From assembly GCA_965217865.1 (NCBI GenBank), contig CBDCJO010000002.1, positions 5,184,001 through 5,248,000 on the forward strand: a stretch of DNA of 64,000 bases. The letters are read 5' to 3'. The notes under the pieces are model-generated. The model did not search any database, was not told the DNA's origin, and saw only the letters and a program-made list of their open reading frames with translations. Made by a program: the position numbers and the translations under genes. Source of the DNA: Candidatus Latescibacterota bacterium. GTDB taxonomy: Bacteria > Latescibacterota > UBA2968 > SICM01. Of the stretch, positions 40,486 through 50,644 are shown one piece after another (position 1 is the stretch's first letter; each line of letters begins with the position of its first letter).

Positions 40486-41046
40486 ATGGGACGACAAGCC
40501 TCGGAAGATGACGCCTCGTACGAATTCAAGGGTCCCGGATTCAGGTTCGTTAGGTTTTTCCTTCTATCGATAGTCCTTATTCTGGTCGGAATCGGAGCTC
40601 TTGTCATTATCCTGAGCTGGCATCTTGGTATGGATGTCACGGTCCAGGGAAAAGGATCGATCGAACCCCGAGTTCGGCATCAAGTCAAGGCCTCGATCGC
40701 GGGTATGATTTCGGGGATCCACGTGAGGCAAGGGCAGAAAGTTGCAGAGGGGGACAACCTGGTCACCCTGGATGACACGGAACTGCGGGCTGAACTGGAA
40801 AAGGTGAACAAAGAAGTAGAAGTTAATCAAAGCCGCAGAGTTGAGATCGAGAATCGGATCAAGCGGGAGCAGCGGCTCCTCGAGGCAGAAGTCGAGGGGG
40901 CCCGGATGGAACTGGAAAACGCGGCTCTCCGGATGGAGCAGGTACGTCGGGAACACGCGCTTTATGATTCTTTGTATCCGCCCTCGGCCGGGGGGGGAGC
41001 TACATGGCCTTCTCGGCCTATGTCGGATATCTCTACGGCCCGATAG
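40486..41046 (+). pseudogene. HlyD-family secretion adaptor, N-terminal half
   Basis: TM, G.I.P, GMISGIHVRQGQKVAEGDNLVTLD, coiled coil; breaks at G-run about 40990. Confidence 0.8.
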
Positions 41047-41897
41047 AGTCGTTGATCGGTCTGGTTCCGCAGATTCAGGTGACGCTTGTCCGTAGCAATC
41101 GGTTCTTCGAGATATATGACTTGAAGCCGGAGATTCGGGACCTTCCCGGCAGGCCGGTTTTAAGAAAGGTTCGCGGAGAGATCGAGGTTCACGATGTAGG
41201 CTTTGCCTATATCGACCGGAACTGGGTCCTTAGAAATATCGACTTTGTAATTCCGGCCCGATCCACGATCGCACTTGTGGGGAAGAGCGGGTCCGGAAAG
41301 TCCACGTTAGCTAAGCTGATTCCCAGGTTCTATGATCCTCATGAGGGGTTCGTCTCTATCGACGGGCAGGACATCAGACGATTTCGACTGCGGTCTCTTC
41401 GAACGCAGATCGGGTTTGCGATGCAGGGGAGCACGCTGTTCCAGGGAGATATTCTTGAGAATCTGACTTTCGGACAGGAGATCCCGATGAGCGACGTGGA
41501 GGATGCAGCCCGGTCCGCTTACATCCACGACTATGTTACCTCCCTTCCGGATGGATATCGCACACGGGTCGGTGAACAGGGGGCACAGCTCTCGGCCGGG
41601 CAGAAGCAGCGGATCGGCCTGGCCAGGGTTCTGCTGATGGACACACCGATCCTGATACTGGACGAACCGACGGCTGCCCTGGATGTGGAGTCGGAGCACT
41701 GCATCCAAGAAGCCCTGAAGACGGTCCGGCAGGGAAGGACCACCCTGATCATCGCGCACCGGCTACGAACGATTCAGGGGGCCGACGAGATCGTTGTCCT
41801 GGAGGAGGGGGGGATCGCGGAGCAAGGAACACACGACCTGCTCATGGTGAAGGGAGGGGTGTACGCAAACATGCAGGAGCGGATGGCGAGTATGTAA
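40995..41897 (+). pseudogene. ABC exporter, last TM helix plus ATPase only
   Basis: GSYMAFSAYVGYLYGPI; GKSGSGKST, LSAGQKQR, ILDEPT. Confidence 0.85.
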
Positions 41898-42088
41898 AGG
41901 TGGACTTGGAATAGTTAAGGGATTAGATTATTCGGATCTTGAAAAGATCTCAATGAAAGTTTCACTTGCCTTCCCAGGTTGTGAAAGAAAAACCAATCGA
42001 GTCATTCTGATCGTTAGCGGGATCGCCTTCTTCCTGGGCATCCTCCGAAGCACCCTCAGTACCCGCTTCCCCTGTCTCGTCGGGTTGC

Positions 42089-42208
42089 TTAGGGACCTCC
42101 GGGGCAGATGGCGACATCGGCCCCGGCTCTGGCAAGCGCCAGGGCGGTTTCACGCCCTATACCCATCGAGGCGCCGGTCACGAGGGCGGTGCGTCCCGAA
42201 AGTTTCAT
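42089..42208 (-). pseudogene. SDR N-terminal stub joined to unrelated acidic C-terminal fragment (41962-42100)
   Basis: [35 protein letters not shown] then stop. Confidence 0.75.
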
Positions 42209-42371
42209 GAAATCGGTCTTTCATTCCAAGAACCGGTCGGTTCTCGCGGCCTGTATCGATGCTTGACAGGTAAAACCTATATGTTTCTATGGGTTCGGTT
42301 AATTCAGTTTTCAAATGATTTTGGGAGAAGTCAAGTTAAAAACCTCTTTCAAGTAGTACGGCATAATACGA

Positions 42372-42400
42372 TTGACAGGGGGGTAGGATTTTGGTAAATT
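42372..42400 (+). promoter_or_regulatory. Sigma-70 promoter
   Basis: TTGACA-17-TAAATT. Confidence 0.65.
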
Positions 42401-42507
42401 AGCTTATTTGACAGGACTTAACCTTTTGTGCCGCAATGATTGGCACCATCGTTTTGCGACGCGAGTTCCCGGAAGTTCGGGAGGAGGGGCCTTTTTCAAA
42501 CCCCGAC

Positions 42508-43731
42508 ATGCCTCATTTAAAGATTTATACCACGGATTTCTGTACCTACTGCGTCCGGGCGAAGACGATCCTAAAGGACATAGGAATCGTCGATTATGAA
42601 GAGGTAAACATCGCGGGACAGGAGGAGATGAGGGAGGAGATCGCGGGGTTAACGGGTGGGCGATGGGATGTGCCCCAGGTGTTTATCGACGGAGATTATA
42701 TCGGAGATGACGACGCCCTCGCGCAATTGGCCTATTCGGGAGAACTGGAAAGGATTTTTTCGATGAAGGGAAACGGCAAGCAAGGGGAAGGGGAAGTGAA
42801 CCGAAGGGATGTTGTGGTGATCGGATCAGGACCCGCGGGTTTGGCTGCGGCGCTCTATGCCTCCAGGGCCCAGTTGAACACCCTTGTCATCACGGGAAAC
42901 GAGATTGGCGGCCAGCTCTCGTTGACGCTGGATATTGAAAACTATCCCGGTTTCAAAAACGGGGGTGCAGCCAACCTGATCCAGGACATGCAGGATCAGG
43001 CCAAGCGCTTCGGAGCCGAGATTGAAATGGCATATGTAACGGAGTTGGACCTCTCTCAAAGGCCATTTCGGATCAAGACCTACGGCTCCGAGGTGGAAGC
43101 GCAGACCCTGATCGTGACCACGGGTTCTTCCCCTCGAAAGCTGGAAATCCCCGGTGAGCTGGAGTACGTTGGGAAAGGGGTCTCCTACTGCGCGACCTGT
43201 GACGGTTTTTTCTTCAAAGATAAGAAAATCGTCGTCGTGGGTGGGGGGGACGCGGCGGTTGAGGAGGGGCTCTTCCTGACACGTTTCGCCACGACGGTGA
43301 ATATCATCCACAGACGTGATCGGCTGCGGGCGAACCAGACCCTTCAATCCAGGGCAACCGACGAATCCAAGATCGAGTTCACGTGGAATACCGTTGTCAC
43401 GGAAGTGCTCGGGAATGACAAGGAGGTCCACGCGGTTCGCCTCAAGGACGTAAAGACGGGGATGGAAAAATCGCTTGAAACGGATGGGGTCTTTATCTTT
43501 GTCGGCCATCTCCCCAACACCAGCCTGTTCGAAGGCAAACTCACCATGGACGAGAAGGGCTATCTGGTCACGGACAAGCGACAGCAAACGAACATCGAGG
43601 GGGTCTTCGCAGCAGGCGATGTCCAGGATCACGTCTACCGACAGGCGGTTACTGCCGCGGGTACGGGTGCGGCTGCGGCGATTGAAGCCGAAAGGTTTCT
43701 CGCGGAGATGGCCGGTAAGGCCTATGTCTAA
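42508..43731 (+). CDS. trxB: Glutaredoxin-thioredoxin reductase fusion
   Basis: CTYC...VPQVFIDG N-domain; GSGPAG, CATCDG, GGGDAA, AAGD. Confidence 0.92.
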   Translation: MPHLKIYTTDFCTYCVRAKTILKDIGIVDYEEVNIAGQEEMREEIAGLTGGRWDVPQVFIDGDYIGDDDALAQLAYSGELERIFSMKGNGKQGEGEVNRRDVVVIGSGPAGLAAALYASRAQLNTLVITGNEIGGQLSLTLDIENYPGFKNGGAANLIQDMQDQAKRFGAEIEMAYVTELDLSQRPFRIKTYGSEVEAQTLIVTTGSSPRKLEIPGELEYVGKGVSYCATCDGFFFKDKKIVVVGGGDAAVEEGLFLTRFATTVNIIHRRDRLRANQTLQSRATDESKIEFTWNTVVTEVLGNDKEVHAVRLKDVKTGMEKSLETDGVFIFVGHLPNTSLFEGKLTMDEKGYLVTDKRQQTNIEGVFAAGDVQDHVYRQAVTAAGTGAAAAIEAERFLAEMAGKAYV

Positions 43732-43792
43732 CTAAATTGAAGATTGAAGAAGATTGAAATTGAGGCGCCCTCCGGAGGCGAAAGGAGCAAGG

Positions 43793-45169
43793 ATGGCTCA
43801 AACTTCGGTCCAAACGAAGGAACTTTCCATCGACGAACAGTTGAGGGAGCATCTCCCAGAAGCTGCCGGTCTCTATGAACGGGCCCTGAAGATCTTTCCC
43901 AACGGGGTGACACACGACAACCGGTTCCACAAGCCCTTTCCCATCTATGTCGAGAGGGCGCAGGGTTCACGCAAGTGGGATGTCGACGGTCGGGAATATA
44001 TCGATTACGCGATGGGTCACGGCGCCCTGATCCTGGGACATTCGCATCCGACGCTCGTGCGTGCGGTAACGGATCAGGTTTCCAAAGGCACGCACTATGG
44101 CGCCTGTCACGAACTGGAACTCGAGTGGGGTCAACTGGTCATCGACCTGATCCCATCGGCGGAGCGGGTGCGGTTTACGTCTTCCGGGACGGAGGCGACG
44201 ATGATGGCCTTCCGCCTCTGCCGGACCTTCACCGGAAAGCGGAAGATCGTAAAATTCGAGGGCCATTTCCACGGCTGGCACGACAACACCCACATCGGTG
44301 TGGACCTCCCCTTCGAGCAGCCCACACCGGGAGTTCTGAACGAAGTCCACGAAAGCGTCATCCTCTGCCCTCCCAATGATTCCGCCCGGCTCGACGACAT
44401 CCTTTCGAAGGACAAAGATATCGCCTTGGTGGTGATTGAACCGTCGGGTGCTATGTTCGGGAATATCCCCACACGGCCCGGTTTCCTCGAAGAGCTTCGG
44501 GAGATCACCAGGTCTCACGGGATCCTGCTCCTTTTCGATGAAGTGGTGACCGGATTCCGTTGTTCGCCGGGTGGGGCACAGGGATTTTACGGCGTAATCC
44601 CGGATATGACGGCACTCGCGAAAATTCTGGCCGGAGGTTTGCCGGGGGGTTGCGTGGCGGGCAGGGCGGATATCATGGAATTGCTCGAGTTTAAAGGAGA
44701 TCCTGAGTGGAACAAGGGACGAAAGTTTCCTCATCCGGGGACTTTCAACGCGAATCCGGTCAGTGCGGCCGGGGGGATCGCGACGCTCAAGGCGATCGCA
44801 TCGGGTGAAGAGATCGACAAGGCCAACCGTGCCGCAAAAACCCTCCGGAACCGCATGAACGATCTGATCGAGGCTCGAAAGCTTCCCTGGTGCGTCTACG
44901 GGGCCTTCTCCGAATTTATCGTCCTGCCCGACTGCGGGGGACCCAACGCAGTGGAGGAGATCATGGCCGGCCGTTTCGATCACAGGCGGCTCAAGGGTTT
45001 AGACAAGACGCTGTCCGAAAAATATCGATCCACCATGACCCTGAATGGAGTTCATGTTCTGTCCAACAAGGGATTGACCTCCTCGGTCCACACCCAGGAG
45101 GATCTGGACGAGACCGTGGAGGCGTTCGACAGGTCGATAGATATGTTGAAGCAAGAAGGGCTTGTTTAG
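43793..45169 (+). CDS. Class III aminotransferase (GSA-aminomutase-like)
   Basis: SGTEA, FDEVVTGFR, LAKILAGG, GTFNANP. Confidence 0.92.
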   Translation: MAQTSVQTKELSIDEQLREHLPEAAGLYERALKIFPNGVTHDNRFHKPFPIYVERAQGSRKWDVDGREYIDYAMGHGALILGHSHPTLVRAVTDQVSKGTHYGACHELELEWGQLVIDLIPSAERVRFTSSGTEATMMAFRLCRTFTGKRKIVKFEGHFHGWHDNTHIGVDLPFEQPTPGVLNEVHESVILCPPNDSARLDDILSKDKDIALVVIEPSGAMFGNIPTRPGFLEELREITRSHGILLLFDEVVTGFRCSPGGAQGFYGVIPDMTALAKILAGGLPGGCVAGRADIMELLEFKGDPEWNKGRKFPHPGTFNANPVSAAGGIATLKAIASGEEIDKANRAAKTLRNRMNDLIEARKLPWCVYGAFSEFIVLPDCGGPNAVEEIMAGRFDHRRLKGLDKTLSEKYRSTMTLNGVHVLSNKGLTSSVHTQEDLDETVEAFDRSIDMLKQEGLV

Positions 45170-45284
45170 ATAGGGAAGTGCAAAGTGCAAATGCAAAATG
45201 GAGGAAATTGAGTCTGAACGGTGTTCGGGAGTAATGGAGGAAAGATCATTTCTTCCACTTCTCTCTTTACCTGAGGTTTAAGGC

Positions 45285-46949
45285 TTGGGCAGCGAAAAGC
45301 GGGCATTGATTAGTGTTTCGGATAGGCGCGGGGTGGTTGCGTTTGCGAAGTGTCTTTCGAAGGCCGGGTTCGAGATCGTCTCGACCGGGGGCACGGGCCG
45401 TGCCCTCAGGGAGGGTGGCGTGTCCGTGACCGAGGTTTCGGATCTGACGGGTTTTCCGGAGATGATGGGGGGTAGGGTGAAGACCCTTCATCCAAAAATC
45501 CACGGCGGGCTCCTGGCGCTCAGAGACGATTCGACGCACCAGGCCGAGGCGGGGGAGAGCGGAATTGGAATGATCGATCTTCTCGTCGTCAATCTTTACC
45601 CCTTCAAGGAGACGGTGGCGAAGAACGGCGTGACCCTTGAAGAGGCCATCGAAAATATCGATATCGGCGGTCCGGCCATGATCCGAAGCGGGGCCAAGAA
45701 TTACCGTCACGTTACCGTTGTGGTGGACCCCGCGGATTATGATAAAATCGCTGCGGAGATCGAGGGAAACGGAATATCTCAGGCCACGCGGGAGAAGCTG
45801 GCTGTCAAAGCGTTTCGCCACACCGCCGATTATGATTCAGCGATTGAGACGTTTCTGGTCGATCGATTGACAGGGGAACGAATTCGACGCGTGCGTTATG
45901 AAGGGGGAAAACCCCTTCGCTACGGAGAAAACGTTCACCAAGAAGCCATCCTTTACCGGTCTGCGGGCGGGGAAGGGGTGGCCGGGGCGGTCCAGCTACA
46001 CGGTAAAGAAATGTCCTACAACAATTACCTCGATGCCCAGGCGGCCGTGGAGGCGGTGCGGGACATCGCTGATAAGCCCGCCGCCGTCGTTGCGAAGCAC
46101 GGGAATCCCTGCGGTTTCGCCACAGGACCGGACCTGGCAACGGCTCTGGAAAAGGCGTGGAACGGGGACAGGGAGAGTGCGATGGGGTCGGTGATCGCAG
46201 TCTCTCAGCGGATGGACCGGAAGGCCGCGGAATTTCTGCGCACCCCTTACCGATCCCCCTTGATCGAAGGCGAGCGGAGACGGTTCATCGAGATCGTTGC
46301 GGCCCCGGGATTCGATAAGGATGCCCTGGACCTGCTGCGTCGGAAAAGCAAGGATCTCAGGCTCCTGGAGATCAGCCCGTTCGACGCTTCCGAACCGACT
46401 TCTGTGCTCTATCGACATGTGTCGGGCGGTTTGCTCGAACAGTCTCGCGATGATGTGCTTTTTGAACGCTGGGAGCAGGTCACCCGCACGTCCTTTCCTG
46501 AGTCGAAACGGGGTCTGGGGGAGTTCGTGATGAAGGCCGCAAAGCACACGAAGTCGAATGCCATTATCCTCGGAAGAGAGTATGTGCCGGGCGAGTACCA
46601 GGTCATCGGAATGGGAGCCGGCCAGCCAAACCGGGTCGATTCTCTTAGAAAGTTGTCGATTACTAAGGCACGGGAGAATTTGGAATGCGAATTCGCCGAG
46701 CTTTCCGACGGCGGTGATTTAGAATCTTATATCCAGGAGCAAATTTCCGAGGTGGTGCTCGCTTCAGATGCGTTTATCCCTTTCGATGACACCATCAAGA
46801 TCGCCCACGAGCTGGGGCTCCGTTATATCGTGCAGCCGGGCGGCTCGGTGATGACGGCCCCGGGGGGTGGAGACAAGTCCGTCATTGAAACGGCGGACCG
46901 GCTCGGGGTCGGGATGGTTTTTACGGGTACCAGGCATTTTCTTCATTGA
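45285..46949 (+). CDS. purH: Bifunctional AICAR transformylase/IMP cyclohydrolase
   Basis: RALISVSD, GRVKTLHP, IDIGGP, LRYGEN, SYNN, QPGGS, RHFLH. Confidence 0.96.
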   Translation: MGSEKRALISVSDRRGVVAFAKCLSKAGFEIVSTGGTGRALREGGVSVTEVSDLTGFPEMMGGRVKTLHPKIHGGLLALRDDSTHQAEAGESGIGMIDLLVVNLYPFKETVAKNGVTLEEAIENIDIGGPAMIRSGAKNYRHVTVVVDPADYDKIAAEIEGNGISQATREKLAVKAFRHTADYDSAIETFLVDRLTGERIRRVRYEGGKPLRYGENVHQEAILYRSAGGEGVAGAVQLHGKEMSYNNYLDAQAAVEAVRDIADKPAAVVAKHGNPCGFATGPDLATALEKAWNGDRESAMGSVIAVSQRMDRKAAEFLRTPYRSPLIEGERRRFIEIVAAPGFDKDALDLLRRKSKDLRLLEISPFDASEPTSVLYRHVSGGLLEQSRDDVLFERWEQVTRTSFPESKRGLGEFVMKAAKHTKSNAIILGREYVPGEYQVIGMGAGQPNRVDSLRKLSITKARENLECEFAELSDGGDLESYIQEQISEVVLASDAFIPFDDTIKIAHELGLRYIVQPGGSVMTAPGGGDKSVIETADRLGVGMVFTGTRHFLH

Positions 46950-47090
46950 TCCACAGGGATTCAAGTCGGGGTGAACCCCTTAACCCCTTATTCGAACACC
47001 TTTTCACCAGGGTAATAAGAAAGAATCGTCTGATCCGGATTCCCACGCAAGAAGGGTCTCCCCGGATTTTTTGGAGAAAAGGAACCATAC

Positions 47091-48110
47091 ATGGGCTGGT
47101 CATTCTCAAGCATGTTCTCCAGCGATATCGGCATCGATCTGGGAACTGCGAACACCCTCGTCTACATGAAGGGGCGTGGTATCATTATCAACGCCCCCTC
47201 AATTGTCGCTCTCGACAAGAAGAATCGAAAGCCCCTGGCGTTCGGGGTCGAAGCGAAGGAGATGATGGGCCGGGAGAACCCCAACATCGAGACCATTCGG
47301 CCTCTCCGGGACGGGGTGATAGCGGATTTCGAAGTGACCGAAGAGCTGCTCCGTTATTTCATCAAAAAGGCCCAGCGCAATCGTCCCTTTGTGCGCCCCC
47401 GAATTGTAATCGGGGTCCCGTCCGGGGTGACCGAGGTTGAAAAGCGGGCGGTGCGTGAATCGGCGGAGCGGGCGGGGGCGAGGGACGTTTACCTGATCGC
47501 TGAGCCCATGGCCGCCGCCATCGGTATCAATCTGCCTGTTGGCGACGCTGTCGGTTCAATGGTGATCGATATCGGCGGAGGGACGACCGAGATCGCGGTG
47601 ATCGCCCTGTCAGGTATCGTGACTTCCCGATCGCTCCGGGTCGGGGGGGATGACATGGATGAGGCCGTCGTCAACCATATGAAGCGAAAATACAGCCTGC
47701 TGGTGGGGAGCCGGACTGCTGAGATGATTAAGTGTACGATCGGGTCAGCGGGGCCCCTGGATGAAGAGGTTCAGTTCCCGGTTAAGGGGCTGGACCTGAT
47801 TGCCTCCATCCCGAAGACGATCATCGTCGATTCTACGGACATCCGGGAAGCCATGAATGATCCGGTCAACCTGATCATCGAAGGCGTCCGTCAGTCTCTC
47901 GAGCAAACCCCCCCCGAACTGGCCGCGGATATTCTGGACAGGGGGATCATCCTGAGCGGCGGGGGGTCCTTGTTGCGGGGGATGGACCGACGTCTGATGG
48001 AGGAGACCAGCCTTCCGGTGATCGGAGCGGAAGAACCCCTGACCTGTGTGGTTCGCGGTACAGGTAAGGTCCTGGAGGATATCGCATTCTATCAAAAGAT
48101 GATGCTTTAA
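47091..48110 (+). CDS. mreB: Rod shape protein MreB
   Basis: IDLGTANT, EPMAAAIG, DIGGGTTE. Confidence 0.98.
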   Translation: MGWSFSSMFSSDIGIDLGTANTLVYMKGRGIIINAPSIVALDKKNRKPLAFGVEAKEMMGRENPNIETIRPLRDGVIADFEVTEELLRYFIKKAQRNRPFVRPRIVIGVPSGVTEVEKRAVRESAERAGARDVYLIAEPMAAAIGINLPVGDAVGSMVIDIGGGTTEIAVIALSGIVTSRSLRVGGDDMDEAVVNHMKRKYSLLVGSRTAEMIKCTIGSAGPLDEEVQFPVKGLDLIASIPKTIIVDSTDIREAMNDPVNLIIEGVRQSLEQTPPELAADILDRGIILSGGGSLLRGMDRRLMEETSLPVIGAEEPLTCVVRGTGKVLEDIAFYQKMML

Positions 48111-48137
48111 GGTAGTCGTTCCGCCTACTTATCTGAT

Positions 48138-48944
48138 ATGTATTGGATAAAGAGTTTCCTGCAGGCCAGAAAGCCTTATGTGGCTTTCGCCGTCGTGGTT
48201 GTGCTCTCTTTCGGGCTTATGGCCCTGAGCGTGGAAAACAAGGTGGCTGTGGCAAGGTGGGTCTCCATCTCGACCATCGGTGTGGGGCACTGGATGTTCT
48301 CGGGGTTGATCGATCTGTTCCACGTGCGGGATGAGAACCGCATGCTGCGGGAGCAGAATCTCAGGCTTTCGCTGGAGCTGGTGAAGATACGAGAGGAACG
48401 TCTCGAAAACATCAGGCTCCGGGACCTGCTGGGTTTCAAGTCCAGGCTGAAATATCCTTATGTGGCCGCGGAGGTGATCGGACGGGATCCGGGAAGGCAC
48501 CCGAATTCAATCCTAATCAATGTCGGACGGAATGACGGGGTGGTGGATCGGATGGCCGTTGTGACTTCGGACGGGCTCGTTGGAAAGGTGCTCGCAGTTC
48601 ATTCGGGGAGCGCCGTGGTTCAGCTTCTTACGGGTCGAAACTGCCGGGTAAGCGGGGTGGTTCAGCGGAACGACCGAGGTCATGGAATCGTTCGGTACGA
48701 GGATGGAAAGTTTTACCTTCACGGCTTCCCCCTTCGAACAGATATCCAGGTAGGGGATGTCGTCGTTTCGTCAGGCATGGGCGGTATCTTTCCGGCCGAT
48801 CTTCCGATCGGCACGGTCCGGGAATTGGGTCCGGACCAGATGGGGCTCTTTCAGGAAGTGATTCTAAAGGGGTGTGTCAATTTCGATTCGATCGAGGAAG
48901 TCTTTGTCCTGACGAACGGCCACAACCTGAATGGATCCGGTTAG
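48138..48944 (+). CDS. mreC: Rod shape protein MreC
   Basis: EN..LR, GLVGKV, SSGMGGIFP; follows mreB. Confidence 0.95.
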   Translation: MYWIKSFLQARKPYVAFAVVVVLSFGLMALSVENKVAVARWVSISTIGVGHWMFSGLIDLFHVRDENRMLREQNLRLSLELVKIREERLENIRLRDLLGFKSRLKYPYVAAEVIGRDPGRHPNSILINVGRNDGVVDRMAVVTSDGLVGKVLAVHSGSAVVQLLTGRNCRVSGVVQRNDRGHGIVRYEDGKFYLHGFPLRTDIQVGDVVVSSGMGGIFPADLPIGTVRELGPDQMGLFQEVILKGCVNFDSIEEVFVLTNGHNLNGSG

Positions 48945-48952
48945 GGGGTCCC

Positions 48953-48981
48953 TTGACATTAGAAATTCGTTTTTGTATACT
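48953..48981 (+). promoter_or_regulatory. Sigma-70 promoter
   Basis: TTGACA-17-TATACT. Confidence 0.8.
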
Positions 48982-49014
48982 TAATGGCTTTTTGTCTATA
49001 ATTTTGAGGTGATT

Positions 49015-49896
49015 ATGTCCAACCGCGGTGGATGGGTCGTCGGTGGTGTGATCGGGGTTGGCGTTCTTCTGGTTCTGTTCGCCGGGTTGATGGGAGGTAC
49101 GGGAGGTTCCGGCGGAACCGGATTTTTCGGCAGCGGAGGGGGACAGAAGGTCGGATTGGTGGAGATCGAAGGGCCTATTATTTCTTCCGCCTCGATCGTC
49201 AAACAGCTCAAGCACTACGGTAAGGATTCATCTGTTCCCGCGCTGGTCTTACGGGTGAACAGTCCCGGTGGGGGGGTCGCAGCCACTCAGGAGATCTATC
49301 AGGAGATCCTGAAGCTTAGAGAAGAGGGGAAATGGGTGGTGGCGTCCCTGGGCAGCGTCGCTGCTTCGGGCGGATATTACGTTGCGGTGGCGGCGGATAC
49401 CATCGTCGCGAACCCGGGGACGGTCACGGGGAGTATCGGTGTCATCATCGGGCTTTACAACTTCGAAGGGCTTCTCCGGAAGATCGGACTGGACGTCAAT
49501 ATCATAAAAAGCGGGAAGTACAAGGACGTCGGATCGCCTTCTCGCCCCATGCTTCCGGAAGAGCGCGAGATGCTGCAGGGTGTGACGGACGATACGTACG
49601 GACAGTTTGTAGATGCGATCGTCGAAGGACGCAGTTTGGATCGTGAAGCGATCCTGAAGTTGGCAGATGGAAGGATCTTTACGGGACGCCAGGCGAAATC
49701 GTTCGGGCTTGTGGATCTTTTAGGAACTTATGAGGACGCGATCTCCGTGGCCGGGGAGATGAGCGGCCTGGGAAGGAAGCCCGAAACCGTCAAAGAGGCA
49801 AAGCCCGACTGGTGGGAATCGATTTTGGATCGGATAAATTCCGAGATGGCTTCGTTCTTTACCCGGCGCATCTCCGTTCGTTATTCCTTGCCGTAA
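49015..49896 (+). CDS. sppA: Signal peptide peptidase SppA
   Basis: NSPGGG, AASGGYY, TGSIGV, KSGKYKD. Confidence 0.95.
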   Translation: MSNRGGWVVGGVIGVGVLLVLFAGLMGGTGGSGGTGFFGSGGGQKVGLVEIEGPIISSASIVKQLKHYGKDSSVPALVLRVNSPGGGVAATQEIYQEILKLREEGKWVVASLGSVAASGGYYVAVAADTIVANPGTVTGSIGVIIGLYNFEGLLRKIGLDVNIIKSGKYKDVGSPSRPMLPEEREMLQGVTDDTYGQFVDAIVEGRSLDREAILKLADGRIFTGRQAKSFGLVDLLGTYEDAISVAGEMSGLGRKPETVKEAKPDWWESILDRINSEMASFFTRRISVRYSLP

Positions 49897-49917
49897 ACCG
49901 ATGACGGGAGGGAGACC

Positions 49918-50199
49918 GTGACCAAAGCCGATATCGTGGATCAAATCGCCGAGGGGACAGGTTTAACGAAGACGGACACCTCGGCGATTGTCGAGGGTTT
50001 CCTTTCCGCGGTTACCCAGGCGCTTGTGAATGAGGACCACATCGAGATCCGGGGTTTCGGGACTTTCAAGGTGGTCCAAAGAGCGCCCCGCACGGGCCGA
50101 AATCCCAAGACGGGTGAGGCGGTCCGCATTCCATCACGCCCGGTCCCGGTATTTAAGCCGTCCCGCGAGTTGAGAATAAGGGTTGAAAAAGGGAAGTAA
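49918..50199 (+). CDS. HU/IHF family DNA-binding protein
   Basis: MTKADIV, IRGFGTF, GRNPKTG. Confidence 0.96.
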   Translation: MTKADIVDQIAEGTGLTKTDTSAIVEGFLSAVTQALVNEDHIEIRGFGTFKVVQRAPRTGRNPKTGEAVRIPSRPVPVFKPSRELRIRVEKGK

Positions 50200-50236
50200 G
50201 GATATCCTGAGAAGAGCAAGGTGAGGAGGTGGTCGG

Positions 50237-50332
50237 TTGCCAAGCGGAAAAAAGCGGAAGCGTCAAAAGATCTCGACGCACAAGCGAAAAAAGCGTCGGC
50301 GCAGAGACCGGCATAAGAAGAAGATAAGATAA
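50237..50332 (+). CDS. 31-aa basic ribosomal protein bS22/AURKAIP1-COX24-like (absent from ORF track)
   Basis: SD GAGGAGG + TTG; MPSGKKRKRQKISTHKRKKRRRRDRHKKKIR. Confidence 0.85.
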   Translation: MPSGKKRKRQKISTHKRKKRRRRDRHKKKIR

Positions 50333-50338
50333 GGCGGT

Positions 50339-50412
50339 GGGCTATTAGCTCAGGTGGATAGAGCGTTGGTCTCCGGAACCAAAGGCCGCAGGTTCGAGTC
50401 CTGCATAGCCCG
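50339..50412 (+). tRNA. tRNA-Arg(CCG)
   Basis: GGGCTAT/ATAGCCC acceptor, TTGGT-CTCCGGA-ACCAA anticodon arm, GGTTCGAGTCC. Confidence 0.95.
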
Positions 50413-50430
50413 CATCGACATCAGATGTTC

Positions 50431-50504
50431 CGGGCCGTAGCGCAGTCCGGTAGCGCACTTGCTTGGGGTGCAAGTGGTCGCCGGTTCAAATCCGGCCGGC
50501 CCGA
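50431..50504 (+). tRNA. tRNA-Pro(GGG)
   Basis: CGGGCCG/CGGCCCG acceptor, CTTGC-TTGGGGT-GCAAG, GGTTCAAATCC. Confidence 0.95.
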
Positions 50505-50515
50505 TAAATAAATAA

Positions 50516-50556
50516 AAGAGGCAAGCCTAGATTAATTAAGGTGTTGCCTCTTTTTT
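50516..50556 (+). terminator. Intrinsic terminator after tRNAs
   Basis: AAAGAGGCAA...TTGCCTC-T7. Confidence 0.8.
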
Positions 50557-50644
50557 GTGGAAAAATAACAAAAGCATTGGACTTGAATTTTATCAGGTAA
50601 ATTTTGGTTGGTTTTAGTCTTTTTTGGTGAATAGGATAAATAAA

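Noticed and set aside
42826-44983. Long antisense ORFs (42826-43632, 43967-44983, also 11805-12617 and 18192-19010)
   Set aside because: Shadow ORFs opposite well-supported genes
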